Source: Eledone cirrhosa (Eukaryota). Taken from it: DNA of 64,000 nucleotides. The stretch is taken from positions 1,674,001 through 1,738,000 of the forward strand of contig OZ024766.1 in assembly GCA_964016885.1 (NCBI GenBank), in the 5' to 3' direction. This document shows positions 13,750-28,029 of this stretch, piece by piece. The notes beneath the pieces were generated by a model. That model saw only the letters and a list, made by a program, of their open reading frames with translations. It was not told the origin of the DNA and ran no database searches. The position numbers and the translations under genes are program-made. The first letter of the stretch is position 1, and every line of letters begins with the position of its first letter.

Positions 13750-14942
13750 TTTCTACGTTCTTAGTTAGCTTACCTGTGATCCCACTACACCTTTTATGCA
13801 CCCATACTTTGCATTTAGGACATAAAATGGAATTTCTGCCTACTCCTTTCCTACACACTGAGCATGGCCATTTCCCAGAGGGCACCTGTGCCCTATTTTC
13901 CTTCCTACATACTAGAACTTTAGTCTTAGACAAGTTAACTTTAAGGCCTTTTGATTCTAGGCCGTGCTTCCATGTTTGGAATTTCTTCTCTTGTTCAGCC
14001 ATTGATTCAGCTATGAGCGTTAGATCATCTGCATTTAGGAGTTCCCATGGGCAGCCGGTCTTTAACTCCTCTGTTATAGCTTGAAGGGCAATAATAAATA
14101 GTAGGGGGCTAAGGACAGAGCCCTGATGAACAGCAACTTTTACGCTAAATTCTTCACTATATTCGTTATTAATTCTAACCTTGCTGACTGTTTCTTTGTA
14201 CATGGCTTGTATAGCTCTCACAAGCCATTCATCTACACCTAGTTTTCTAAGAGCCCACCAGATAATGACGCGGGGGACTCTGTCAAATGCTTTCTCCAAG
14301 TCAACAAAAGCTAAGTAGAGGGGTTTACTTTTAGCTAGGTAATTCTCTGTAGTTGGAAAAGAGCATCTGTGGTACTTTTACCTGACACAAACCCAAATTG
14401 CATTTCATCTAGTTCAATTCGCTCTCTGATTAGTTGAGCTATTACTTTTTCTGTGACCTTCATGACCTGGTCAATTAATTTAATGCCTCTATAGTTTCCC
14501 CTATCTAGGGCATCTCCTTTACCCTTGTAGCAGTTAATGATGATGCTGCTACGCTAGTCCTTTGGTATGACCCCATTCTGTATTACTTGGTTTACTATCC
14601 GGGTGACCATAGTGTGTCCCACCATTCCAGATGTTTTCAACATCCCAGCAACTATCTACGAAGGCCCAGCTGCCTTGCCTGTCTTCATATCTTTGATTAC
14701 CTTACTTATTATACAACCTTTAACTTGCACTGCTGGTCCCTCTATTGGATCGATTTGGGGGAGACTGTCTTTCTCCCATTTATTCTCCTCATTTAGTAGC
14801 CTCTCGTAGTGACACTTCCAAGCTACCTTCTTATCAGTATCAGTGAGGGCAAGTACACCATCATCATTATGGACACATTTCTCCCCGACAATATCAGTTT
14901 TCCTTGACACATTGTCTTGCAATGCTGAACACCTCACGTTTT
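13750..14942 (-). mobile_element. RTE-type LINE fragment, reverse transcriptase (defective)
   Basis: DLEKAFDRVPR, VHQGSVLSPLLF, LL(N)ADDL with YADD mutated, plus a downstream Cys/His cluster; frameshifted. Confidence 0.95.
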
Positions 14943-14944
14943 TA

Positions 14945-14995
<51 letters not shown>

Positions 14996-15185
14996 CACAC
15001 ACATATATATATACACACACACATATATATATATACACACACATATATATATATATATACACACACATATATATATATATATACACACACATATATATAT
15101 ATATATACACACACATATATATATATATACACACACATATATATATATACACACACATATATATATATACACACACACATACATA

Positions 15186-15251
<66 letters not shown>

Positions 15252-16020
15252 CACACACATACATATATACACACATACAGAGAAAACTACACCACTCCAC
15301 CACCACCACCATTACTACATTCCACATCTATTTGTTTTCAATTAAATAAGAATATGTATCAACTTTCTGTTGTGGGTGGGGGGGGGGGGGTATAGTGATG
15401 TGGTGGGGGTCGGGGAGGAGTATAGTGGTGGTGGTGGTGGTGGTTAGTGTGGTGGTTGGTGTAGTGGGGATGTTGGTGGTGGTGGTGGTGGTGGTGGTGG
15501 TCATATTTGGAATGTTGAATGGGATTTCCAGTGAAGCTCACTTACTGCTGCTAACACTACCACTACCACTACCACTACTACTACTACTACCACTACTACT
15601 ACTACCACTAACACTACCACTACCACTACTACCACTACCACTACTACCACTACCACTACTACTACTACTACCACTACTACTACTACTACACCACCACCAC
15701 CACCACCACTACTACTACCACTACCACTACTACTACTACTACTACCACTACTACCACTACTACCACCACCACTACTACTACTTCTATTATTACTGAAACC
15801 ACTGTTTACATAGGTGCACTTATACAATTGTGTGTGTGTGTGTGTATATACACACACACCTCTGTATATATATATATATACACACATCCACCTATATATA
15901 TATATATACACTATATGTATATATATATATACACACTATATGTATATATACACACATACACACTATATATATATATATACACACACACCATATATATATA
16001 CACACTATATATATACACAC

Positions 16021-16056
<36 letters not shown>

Positions 16057-16278
16057 TATATATACACACACACACACTATATCATCATCATCATTTTACG
16101 TCCACTTTTCCCTGCTTGCAAGGGTGGGACGGGTCCTATTCAGCACAGCATCTCTCCACTTGTCACGGTCCTTCGTCATCTCCTCTGTGAGTTTCAGCAA
16201 TATGAGGTCTGCTCTCACCACCTCCGCCACTCGTCAACAGAGGAAGCAGCTCCCTAAACTTCTTCCACACACACACAC

Positions 16279-16313
<35 letters not shown>

Positions 16314-16314
16314 T

Positions 16315-17336
16315 AGCTGAAGCATGGAACAAACTCCCTGTATCAGTTGTTAGCTGTCGAGACACTGCATCCTTTAAAACCTCCATGGAACAAACTCCCT
16401 GCATCAGTTGTTAGCTGTCGAGACACTGCATCCTTTAAAACCTCCATGGAACAAACTACCTGCATCAGTTGTTAGCTGTCGAGACACTGCATCCTTTAAA
16501 ACCTCCATGGAACAAACTACCTGCATCAGTTGTTAGCTGTCGAGACACTGCATCCTTTAAAACCTCCATGGAACAAACTACCTGCATCAGTTGTTAGCTG
16601 TCGAGACACTGCATCCTTTAAAACCTCCATGGAACAAACTACCTGCATCAGTTGTTAGCTGTCGAGACACTGCATCCTTTAAAACCTCCATGGAACAAAC
16701 TACCTGTATCAGTTGTTAGCTGTCGAGACACTGCAGCCTTTAAAACCTCCATGGAACAAACTACCTGTATCAGTTGTTAGCTGCCGAGACACTGCATCCT
16801 TTAAAACCTCCATGGAACAAACTACCTGTATCAGTTGTTAGCTGTCGAGACACTGCACCCTTTAAAACCTCCATGGAACAAACTACCTGTATCAGTTGTT
16901 AGCTGCCGAGACACTGCATCCTTTAAAACCTCCATGGAACAAACTACCTGCATCAGTTGTTAGCTGTCGAGACACTGCATCCTTTAAAACCTCCATGGAA
17001 CAAACTACCTGCATCAGTTGTTAGCTGTCGAGACACTGCATCCTTTAAAACCTCCATGGAACAAACTACCTGCATCAGTTGTTAGCTGTCGAGACACTGC
17101 ATCCTTTAAAACCTCCATACTTCCTGAGATTTGCCAACACTATACCTAATGTTCCCCTCCACACACACACACACTCATGTATCTGTGTGTATATCATGAC
17201 TCATACACTGTTCACTTCCTTGACATTTGTACATTATCCTATGTACAATACATGCACCTTTGATGAGTTGTAGTGCACCTGAGCACTGTACACAATAATT
17301 GTCATTATTATTATTATCATTATTATTATTATTATT
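16315..17336 (+). repeat. 61-bp tandem array (~13 units) plus LINE 3' end with (ATT)n tail
   Basis: Same unit as 765-1133 in the opposite orientation, followed by UTR-like sequence and an ATT tail. Confidence 0.88.
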
Positions 17337-17587
17337 AGAGGTTAACTTTGCCTTTCATCCTTACAGGGTCGATAAAATAAAGTACCAGTAATGTACTGGG
17401 TAATTGCTGGCCTTGTGCCAAAAGTAGAAACAATTATTATCTCTGTACATGTATTTACGTACATTCCAACAGTCTAGATTATGTCAGCAGCACCTGATGA
17501 GATTGTCAAGTCCTTGCCACATCTTAAAACTTCCCAACAGTTTATTTGGCAACATTTCTATAGCTGGATACCTTTCTCATCACCAAC

Positions 17588-17840
17588 CACTTTACAGAGT
17601 GTACTGGGTGTATTATATCATGACACCAACACTACCACTTTACAGAGTGTACAGGGTGTATTATATCATGTCACCAACACTACCACTTTACAGAGTGTAC
17701 AGGGTGTATTATATCATGACACCAACACTACCACTTTACAGAGTGTACTGGGTGTATTATATCATGACACCAACACTACCACTTTACAGAGTGTACTGGG
17801 TGTATTATATCATGTCACCAACACTACCACTTTACAGAGT
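17588..17840. repeat. 48-bp minisatellite
   Basis: About 5 copies of ccactttacagagtgtactgggtgtattatatcatgacaccaacacta. Confidence 0.92.
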
Positions 17841-18152
17841 AAAGTGGTAGTTTGGTGGTGGTGCTGGAAATACATGCACAAGATCCCGTTAAGGGTGAAA
17901 GCAGCAATTCTTTGCTTAAACTTTAATCTGTTATTTTAATAAATATTTGCTCTACAGTTCTTATATATTTGATATATATTTATCCTTATCGAGCCCTCTT
18001 TGGATTTTAGTCTTCACATTTATTATTATTACTATATCTCGCCGAGGTTAACTTTGCCTTTTATCCTTACGGGGTCGATAAAATAAAGTACCAGTAATGT
18101 ACTGGGTAATTGCTGGCCTTGTGCCTAAAAATAGAAACAATTATTACTATAT

Positions 18153-18494
18153 GGAGGCACATGGCTTAGTGGTTAGAGCATTGGCCTTGCAATCGAAAGG
18201 TTGTGAGTTCAATTCTCAGACCGGGTGATGTGTTGATTCCTTGAGCAAGACACTTTACTTCACATTGCTCCAGTTTACTCAGCTGTAGAAATGAGATGAT
18301 AGGGACTGGGGTCCCTATCATTCCACTGCAAAGTGGTCGTGGAGGTGCCACGGCAAAAAAGCGCCCAGCACTCACTGTAAATGAGGTTGGTGTTAGGAAG
18401 GGCATCCAGCTGTAGAGATCAAGCCAGCATCAGTTCCCGTCCCACCCTTGCAAGCAGGGAAAAGTGGACGTAAAATGAAATGAATGATGAAATG

Positions 18495-18495
<1 letters not shown>
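18153..18495 (+). mobile_element. SINE family A
   Basis: Pol III A/B boxes; 3' tail cccacccttgcaagcagggaaaag.ggacgtaaaatga shared with the RTE LINE. Confidence 0.92.
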
Positions 18496-18555
<60 letters not shown>

Positions 18556-18714
18556 TGTATTTACATCCTATAGTGGGGTGTATGTATATATATATATAGA
18601 TAGATATATAACACAAAATATAACGTTGTTGTTCTCTTTCTAATTAAATAGCTCTGTTTTATACATAGAGCACTCTATATCCTTTGCCTTTCCTTTGGAA
18701 TTACGTAACATATG

Positions 18715-18779
<65 letters not shown>

Positions 18780-18809
18780 GCATATATATATATATATAGA
18801 CACATACAT

Positions 18810-18840
<31 letters not shown>

Positions 18841-18931
18841 CATATATATACATACTCAAACACACATATATATATACATATATATCTAGACCTACATACA
18901 CACACACATATATATATATATACATACACAA

Positions 18932-19018
<87 letters not shown>

Positions 19019-20292
19019 AACATATATATATATATATCTAGACACATACATATTCACATATATATATATACACTCTATAGTGGGGTGTATATATATATAT
19101 GTATATGTATATATTTGCATACACACACATACACACAGGCACACACATACACACATATATATATATATATATACATACATACTCATATATACACACATAC
19201 ACATATATATATGTATATACACCCTACTGCAGGGTGTATATAGGCGTAAGTGTTTAATTACACACAGTACACTAAACAGACCAACTGGAACCAAACCAAC
19301 AAGTAGTTAGGTGAGGAATGGGGGGGGGGGGATATGTGAGAGTTTGGTGGTGGGGGGGGGGGTTGAGATGGTGGTGGTGGTGGTGTCGGGGGGAGGGGGG
19401 TCTGTTGTGGGTGGTAGGATGGTGAGTGGTGTGGTGTAGTGTAGTGTGGTGTGGTGTGGTGTAGTGTAGTGTGGTGTAGTGTGGTGTAGTGTGGTGTGGT
19501 GTAGTGGTGTGTGGTGTAGTGTGGTGTAGTGTGGTGGTGTGCGGTGTAGTGTGGTGTAGTGGTGTGGTGTGGTGTAGTGTGGTGTGGTGGTGTGTGGTGT
19601 AGTGTAGTGTAGTGTGGTGTAGTGTAGTGTAGTGTAGTGTAGTGTGGTGTAGTGTAGTGTAGTGTGGTTTGGTGTGGTGTGGTGTGGTGTAGTATAGTGT
19701 AGTGTAGTGTAGTATAGTGTTGTGTAGTGTTGTGTAGTGTAGTGTAGTGGTGTGGTGTAGTGTAGTGTAGTGTGGTGTGGTGTGGTGTGGCGTGGCGTGG
19801 CGTGGTGTAGTGTGGTGTAGTATAGTGTAGTGTAGTGTAGTGTAGTGTAGTGGTGTGGTGTAGTGTAGTGTAGTGTAGTGTAGTGTAGTGTAGTGTAGTG
19901 TAGTGTGGTGTGGTGTGGTGTGGTGTGGTGTGGTGTGGTGTGGTGTGGCGTGGCGTGGCGTGGCGTGGCGTGGTGGGGTGGGGGGAGGGTCATAGTGTTG
20001 TAACAATATTGCCAGAAACAACAGATCACACTCACTGTTTGGTTGGTTTTCACTTCTGTATCTGTTATATCTCCGCAGTTAATTTATTTGGCAATCAATG
20101 TTATATCTGTATTTTTTAACAGTTTTGTATCATAGAACCAGGGGTGTTTGGAACATAACTTAACAAAGGTTCGGGTGGTTGCGATGTTACTTATGATATC
20201 TTTTTTTCTCTTTTTCTCTCCCTCACTCTCTCTCACACCTCTCTCTCACCTATCTCCTCTCTCTCACCTCACCTCACCCCCCCCCCTCACAG

Positions 20293-20447
20293 TATGCAGA
20301 ACTATTCGACAAGATTGACCTAACGAGAGAAGGGTTTGTCACCTGGGACAAGATAGGGTCCCATATGCTTCATGAGTTGTACGAGAGGGAGGACAAGGTG
20401 AAAGCTACCCAGATTCCTGTCTGGAAGGACCTCAAACTCATTAACAG
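20293..20447 (+). CDS. WDR49: WDR49-like exon 4 (EF-hand-like)
   Basis: cacag acceptor, AG|gtaagt donor. Encodes YAELFDKIDLTREGFVTWDKIGSHMLHELYEREDKVKATQIPVWKDLKLIN. Confidence 0.95.
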
Positions 20448-20508
20448 GTAAGTTTACGCACTTTTTTCTTCCCAACAATAAAAAAACCTTTCATTTTCTT
20501 TGTTGTTG

Positions 20509-20548
<40 letters not shown>

Positions 20549-22014
20549 CTTATTATCATCGGTGGCTTGACAGAATCGGTAGAGCGTAGGACGCCGTGCT
20601 TTGTAGCATTGAGTTACGGCCCTTTACGCTCTGAGTTCAAATCCCGCTGAAGTTAACTTTGCTTTTCATCCATATGGGGGGTGGGGGGTCGATAAAATAA
20701 AGTACCAGTAATACACTGGGATAATTGCTGGCCTTGTGCCAAAAGTAGAAACAATTATTACGGGGTTGATAAAATAAAGTACCAGTAATACACTGGGGTA
20801 ATTGCTGGCCTTGTGCCAAAAGTAGAAACAATTATTACGGGGTCGATAAAATAAAGTACCAGTAATACACTGGGTTCGATCTAATCGACTTTCCCCCTCC
20901 CACAAAATTGTTGGTTTTGTGCCTAAATCAGAAACTGTTGTTGTTCTTCTTCTTTTTCTTCTCCCCCCCCCCCTCAAACACTCCCCCCAGGGGGTCCTGT
21001 CAGAAGCAACCGTCTCCAACTGGTCTGCCTGGGTCTCCCAAGTGTGACCAGCCAAGCTCATGGATGTTATCCAACTATTTTGCTCATTTTGCCTTGTCAC
21101 ATTTTGTGTCACGCTGAATCTCCCTGAGAACTACGTTATGGGTAGGTGCGTTTGTGGAATGCTCAGCCGCTTGCATGTTAATTTCACGAGCAGGCTGTTC
21201 CGTTGCTTGTATAAAATGGCACACTTGTCGTGACTGGAGTTCCGCTATGACAACAACAACAACAACAACAACAATAAGAATTAGGTGACAAGATGTAAAA
21301 AAAATAAAACAAAGATAAAGTTGATAATTTTAATTATTTTTAACAATTAATTATAACAAATAACATTAGTATTAACAGAATATGCTACAATATAAACAGT
21401 TAAAAACTGCAATATAAACAGGAATCAATTGACTTCGCTTACCATGTGCGGTGGAACTCATCAAATCAGACCAAGGAAACAGTTTTCATTGGTCTTTCCA
21501 TTGCTGATACAATCTACCAATCACAACGTCAAGTTTTGAAAAAACTGCATTGTAAAGGTTTTTAAAAACTGCATTAAAGACAGTTTAAAAAAACCAACAG
21601 AGAAACTGCCTTATAAATAGAAAAGATTACATTTTGAACAGAAAAACTATGTCAACTGATAAAAAAACTAATATAAAAATCTGTTTTTTTAGCAGTGGAC
21701 AGACAAACTGCTATAGAAAAAACAGAAAACTTTAGCAAGCATGAATTGGGCAAAAACAGCCATCTAAACATTAAATTCTGCAGCATCAACAGAAAAACAG
21801 CTACAATATGAACAGGAAATAACAGTATTGTAAAAAAAAAGTGGCAATAGAAATAGAAAACTGCAATTTGATATAAACAAACAAAAAACTGTTATACCAA
21901 CAGAAAATATAAGTTGTCGGTAATTCCAGCATTTACACAAAACTGCATCAGAAATTTTTACAGTTTTTAGCCACATTTTCCACTGTTTCAGTCAGTTATT
22001 TGCTGTTTCCTTTG

Positions 22015-22300
22015 CAGTTATTTTCGCCCAATTTATGCTGTTTTTTTGTTTCCTTTCCAGTTATTCGCCCAATTTATGCTGTTTTTCTGTGTCCCTTTCC
22101 AATTATTTGCCCAATTTATGCTGTTTTTCTGTGTTTCCTTTCCAGTTATTTACTCAATTTATGCTTTTTTTCTGTTTCCTTTCCAGTTATTCGCCCAATT
22201 TATGCTGTTTTTCTGTGTCCCTTTCCAATTATTTGCCCAATTTATGCTGTTTTTCTGTGTTTCCTATCCAGTTATTTGCCCAATTTATGCTGTTTTCTGT
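22015..22300. repeat. ~42-bp minisatellite
   Basis: About 7 copies of ttatttgcccaatttatgctgtttttctgtgtttcctttccag. Confidence 0.9.
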
Positions 22301-23259
22301 TATTGACTTTTTGGGTATTTCTCAATACTGTATTTAGCTCTTCAACTGTATTTTTAGATAAGTTTTCATCCCGTTTTAACCGTTTTCGTTGTTCAGGGGG
22401 GGGGGGGGTCTGTTTCAGTTTTTGCACTTTGTTTATTTTTCTTTGAAAGGAATTTCCTCTTGTTCCATTTCCTTTGTGTGTGTAGGTGTGTAGGTGTGTG
22501 TGTAGGTGTGTGTGTGTGTGTGTATGTGTGTAGGTGTGTGAGTACGTGTGTGTGTACATTCTGTATACATGTGTGTGTGTACAAGCGTGTGTATGTACAT
22601 GTGTGTGTATCCGCGTGCATATGTACATGTGTGTATGTGTATATCCACGTGTGTGTGTTTATGTACATGTGTGTATGTGTATATCCACATGTGTGTGTGT
22701 GTGTGTTTATGTACATGTGTGTGTGTGTGTGTGTATATCCACATGTGTGTGTGTGTTTATGTACATGTGTGTGTGTGTGTGTGTATATCCACATGTGTGT
22801 ATGTACATATGTGTACATATATGTGTGTATATACATGTATATATGTATATATATACATATATACACGTGTATATATTGAGTATAGAGTGTATACAGGGTG
22901 TATATATTGAGTATAGTGTATATATAGAGTATAGAGTGTATATATATAGAGTATAGTGTATATATAGAGTATAAAGTGTATATATGGTGTATGTATATAT
23001 ATATATATATATATACAGAGCGTATATATAGTGTGTATATATATATATATATAGTATAGAGTGTATATATATATATATAGTATATAGTGTATATATAGAG
23101 TGTGTATATATATATATATATAGTATAGAGTGTATATATATATATAGTATATAGTGTATATATAGAGTGTGTGTATATATATATATATAGTATAGAGTGT
23201 GTGTATATATATATATAGTATAGTATATAGTGTATATATATATAGTATAGTATATAGTG

Positions 23260-23294
<35 letters not shown>

Positions 23295-23754
23295 TGTGAC
23301 ATCACTGGTACCAAGCTGTATCAGCCATTACCTTAGACACCAGAGCTCCCATTCCAGGACCCTGTCAGACAAGCAACATTTTACACTCAGTAAATTTTAT
23401 TTATTCAAATGAAGTTCAAATATAAAAAAAATAAGCTTAAAAAGAATTTATATCAAATAAAAATTTGTCGATCGACTTTCGTCAAATCGGACCAGGGAAG
23501 CAACGTTTCCGTTGGTCTTTCCAGTTGCTAATACTATCTTTTGGTCACAACTCCAGGTAGAAGGAGCAACGTGAAATAAAGTGTCTTGCTCAAGGACATA
23601 ACGCATCGCCAGGTCTGGGAATCGAACTCACAACCTCAAGATGGTACACCCCCACCCCCCTCAAACAAGGCCCTTGATGTTGTGTGTTGGTTTAAATATT
23701 TTGTGTGTATCACCGTAAATATATAAAACTGGGAAGATCTATAAAATTATGAAA

Positions 23755-24210
23755 CTGATCAGAGATCAATACTACAGTCTGATCAGATGAGAGATCAATA
23801 CCAGAGTCTGATCAGATGAGAGATCAATACCACAGTCTGATCAGATCAGAGATCAATACTACAGTCTGATCAGATGAGAGATCAATACCAGAGTCTGATC
23901 AGATGAGAGATCAATACCACAGTCTGATCAGATCAGAGATCAATACCACAGTCTGATCAGATGAGAGATCAATACCACAGTCTGATCAGATCAGAGATCA
24001 ATACCACAGTCTGATCAGATCAGAGATCAATACCACAGTCTGATCAGATCAGAGATCAATACTACAGTCTGATCAGATCAGCGATCAATACTACAGTCTG
24101 ATCAGAGATCAATACCACAGTCTGATCAGATCAGAGATCAATACTACAGTCTGATCAGATCAGAGATCAATACTACAGTCTGATCAGATCAGAGATCAAT
24201 ACCACAGTCA
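23755..24210. repeat. ~30-bp GATC-rich minisatellite
   Basis: About 15 copies of ctgatcagatcagagatcaataccacagt. Confidence 0.95.
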
Positions 24211-24405
24211 GTAATTGCTGGCCTTGTGCCTAAAGTAGAAACGATTATTATAATTGTTTCTACTTTTGGGGGCACAAGGCCAGCAATTACCCCAGTGTAT
24301 TACTGGTACTTTTATTTTATTGACCCCGTAAGGATGAAAGGCAAAGTTAACATTGGCGGGATGTGTGAGGGGTGGTGTGGGGTGTTGGGGAGGGGAGGGG
24401 AGCTA

Positions 24406-24984
24406 CTACGTCCTGTCCACCTTTAGATTAGACAATGTCTGACAACAGGCCAGCTGTATTGCTGGCTTGCCAAGACATCTGCAGTGGTGTTGCACAGTGG
24501 AGAGTGTACGGCTGCACTCTACCTTGTCATCACCAACACCACCAGCTTTCTCACCACCAGCTTCCTCACCAACACCACCAGCTTTCTCACTAACACCACC
24601 ACTACCAACACCACCAGCTTTCTCACCACCACTACCAACACCAACACCACCAGCTTTCTCACCACAGCTACCAACACCAACACCACCAGCTTTCTCACTA
24701 ACACCACCACTACCAACACCAACACCACCAGCTTTCTCACCACCACTACCAACACCAACACCACCAGCTTTCTCACCACCACTGCCCTCCCCCTCCTCGC
24801 CCCCGGTCCTTGACCAGCCCCTGGGTTTCAGACAGCCCCCGTTACAGGCCACCTGCATCTCGTAACCACACTGACCACACCTGTACTTCACACTAGAGTT
24901 GTAGCCAGGGCAGGAGAGTTTCAGGTAAAACTCTGCCCCCTGGTGGTAGGGGTCGTGCCGTACGGAACATTTCTCACCTTCCAT
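24406..24984 (-). CDS. Putative Cys-rich protein (exon) nested antisense in WDR49 intron 4
   Basis: GC-rich 192-aa ORF with 11 Cys (CGQC, CNGGC, CRC, CC), an in-frame Gly-rich repeat, and tandem TAG TAG stops. It stands out from the AT-rich intron; no family recognised with certainty. Confidence 0.5.
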   Translation of the reverse strand: MEGEKCSVRHDPYHQGAEFYLKLSCPGYNSSVKYRCGQCGYEMQVACNGGCLKPRGWSRTGGEEGEGSGGEKAGGVGVGSGGEKAGGVGVGSGGVSEKAGGVGVGSCGEKAGGVGVGSGGEKAGGVGSGGVSEKAGGVGEEAGGEKAGGVGDDKVECSRTLSTVQHHCRCLGKPAIQLACCQTLSNLKVDRT

Positions 24985-25362
24985 ACTGTTGGTGTTGTTG
25001 TTGTTGTTGTTGTGGTTGTTGTTACTGTTGTTGTTGTTGTGGTTGTTGTGGTTGTTGTTACTACTGTTGTTGTTGTTGTTGTTACTGTTGTTGTTGTTGG
25101 TGTTGTTGTGGTTGTTGTTACTGTTGTTGTTGTGGTTGCTGTTGTTGTTGTTGTTGTTGTATTATGAAGCTATTTTTCTGTATAGAGGATAAAAATAAAT
25201 GTATGAATGGGTGTATATGTGTGCATATATATATATATGTGTGTGGAAATGTGTGTGCATATATATATATATATATATGTGTGTGTCAATCTCTCTCTCT
25301 CTCTCCCTCTCTCTCTCTCTCTCTTTCTCTCTCTATCGCCCTCTCTCTCTTTTTCTCTCTCT

Positions 25363-25450
<88 letters not shown>

Positions 25451-25579
25451 TTGAAAGGGGTATATATATATAATTAGACAAAGTCGCAGTCACAGCTATG
25501 AGTTTGGAAATACTGTATATATTTTATCTAATAGTTATTCAAACTTGCAATTTTATATATATATATATATGAGTGTGTG

Positions 25580-25632
<53 letters not shown>

Positions 25633-25789
25633 ATGTATGTATGTATATATATGTGTGTGTGTATGTGTATGTATGTATGTATATATATGTGTGTGTGTAT
25701 GTATATATATATATGTGTGTCTGTATGTATATATATATATATATGTGTGTCTGTATGTATATATATATATGTGTATGTATGTATGTATG

Positions 25790-25820
<31 letters not shown>

Positions 25821-25865
25821 ATGTATATATATATATATGTGTGTGTGTATGTATATATATATATG

Positions 25866-25903
<38 letters not shown>

Positions 25904-25965
25904 AGTATGTATATATATATATATATATATGTGTGTCTGTATGTATATATATGTGTGTATGTATG

Positions 25966-26003
<38 letters not shown>

Positions 26004-26179
26004 TGTCTGTATATATATATATATATATGAGTGTCTGTATATATATATGTGTGTGTGTATATGTATGTATATGTATGTGTGTGTGTGTATATGTATATAT
26101 AAGTGTGTATATGTATATATAAGTGTGTGTATATGTATATATAAGTGTATATGTATATATAAGTGTATGTATATATGTA

Positions 26180-26210
<31 letters not shown>

Positions 26211-26973
26211 GTATATGTGTGTATATGTATATATAAGTGTGTATGTATATATAAAGTTAAACAATAACCTTTGCTGTGTAAATATGATCCAATATTTCCT
26301 TTATATCCCAATGTAAAATCCAGATGTGATCCCTTGCCTTATTTTTTAAAGGTTTGACCCTTCAAGCTTCAATAGGGGTCTCTTAATAGATCCTTGTTAA
26401 CCAAATTTATTCCAAACAACCCCTTTTTTCAGGTTGCTGGGGCAAAGATATCTGGGTAAAATATAAATCAGAGATCCCTAGTGTTTTTTTAAGGGATCAC
26501 TCTTTACGTATGTTAATGTGAACCCTTGTCACAATTTTTTAAGGGTTAAAATTTTCAATTTTGTAAGTATTTTCACTGAAACACCTTTTTTTTAATTTTT
26601 AAGGAGTTTGATCTTCAGTTTAAGTATTTTTGCTGCGATCCCTTATCGCAATTAAGGGATTTAATTAAACATTTTAAAAGTACTTTCACTCTGATCCTTT
26701 GACACAATTTCTTAAGGGTTAAATCTTGAATTTTAAAATATTTCCACTGTGACCCCTTGTTATATTTTAAGGGTTTTGATCAACAAATTTTAAGTCATTT
26801 TGTTGCCAGCTCTCCTCATAATATTTTTTAAGGGTTTATTCTTAAACCTTTAAGAATGTTCACTTCCATGTATTAGGGGTTCTGTATAGCTGCTTGTTAA
26901 CGTGACCCTTTCAATAGACCCTTATTTTGTTTTAGGGAGCAGGTGGGGGGTGGGGGGTGGTCTGTAGTCGCCG

Positions 26974-27052
26974 TTAGCAACATCGGAGTGATGTGCTATG
27001 TTGTGAAGATGTTCTCTTGCTGAAGTATTTCTGTTGTAATTCCAGGTAGACT
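26974..27052 (-). CDS. Possible alternative terminal exon of the nested gene
   Basis: Acceptor cctgtgtag; the phase-2 frame reads [25 protein letters not shown]-stop. Unique sequence among repeats, but other frames are also open. Confidence 0.2.
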
Positions 27053-27482
27053 CTACACAGGTGGGTGATAATGTGGCGGGGTGGGTGGGTGGGGTGCGCG
27101 GGTTGTGTGGGGGGGTGTAGTAATCGGATGGTGGTGTGTAGTGGTGGTGGTTGTGGGGTGGGGTGTGGTTGTGGAGGTGTGGTTTGGTGTGTGTGGGGTG
27201 GGTTGTGGGCGGTGGTGGTGTTGGATTAGTGTAGCATGGTAGGGTGGTGTAGAGTAGTTGTGGTGGAGGTAATGTGCTTGTATATATATATATGTATATA
27301 TATGTATATATGTATGTATATATGTATATATATATATGTATATATGTATATATATATATGTATATATGTATATATATATATGTATATATGTATATATGTA
27401 TGTATAAATATATATATGTATATATATATATATATGTATATATGTATATATATATGTATATGTATATATGTATATATATATG

Positions 27483-27542
<60 letters not shown>

Positions 27543-28029
27543 GCGTTATAATTGTATATGTATATATAGATATAGATATATTTGTGTATGTATTTATGTG
27601 TGTGTACGTATGTATGTATATTTATATATATATATATATATATATAACGAAGGAATTGTGGTAAGGAACCAGGTGGACCATAACGCACCAGAGTACTCAA
27701 TACTTAGGGTAGTAGAGTGGGTAATAGGAAAAAGTATGACCCCGATGGCAGAGCTCAAGCCGTTTCGATGGCTATTTCTGGACTAAAAATTCTAATTTAG
27801 TCCAGAAATGGCCGTCGAAACGGCTTGAGCTCTGCCGTCAGGGTCATACTTTTTTCTATATATATATATATATGTATATATATGTATATATATGTATATG
27901 TGTGTGTACCTCAATAAAATATTACCTTTCAACACAAAGATTATTATGGAAATAGTTTTGATGAGAAATCTGCTGTCCTGTGTTTATATATATATATACA
28001 AGATAATGTTTGTGTGTGTATATATATAT

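Noticed and set aside
13646-14299. Functional antisense reverse transcriptase gene overlapping exon 3
   Set aside because: YADD is mutated to NADD, the upstream region is frameshifted, and the overlap is read-through past the truncated LINE.
16315-17117. Regular 61-bp array (also the 77-bp and 59-bp arrays) as possible CRISPR
   Set aside because: Units are contiguous with no unique spacers, there are no cas genes, and the context is a eukaryotic intron.
18153-18225. tRNA gene
   Set aside because: It has A/B boxes only, as the head of a multi-copy SINE; no convincing complete cloverleaf.
19232-19310. Possible extra WDR49 exon (cag...ag|gtgagg)
   Set aside because: The 79-nt piece would shift the frame, and exons 3 and 4 already join in phase with continuous homology.
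24920-25170. Thr-rich mucin-like exon on the minus strand
   Set aside because: It is mostly an (ACA)n microsatellite frame ending in a stop soon after; no independent support over the Cys-rich frame.
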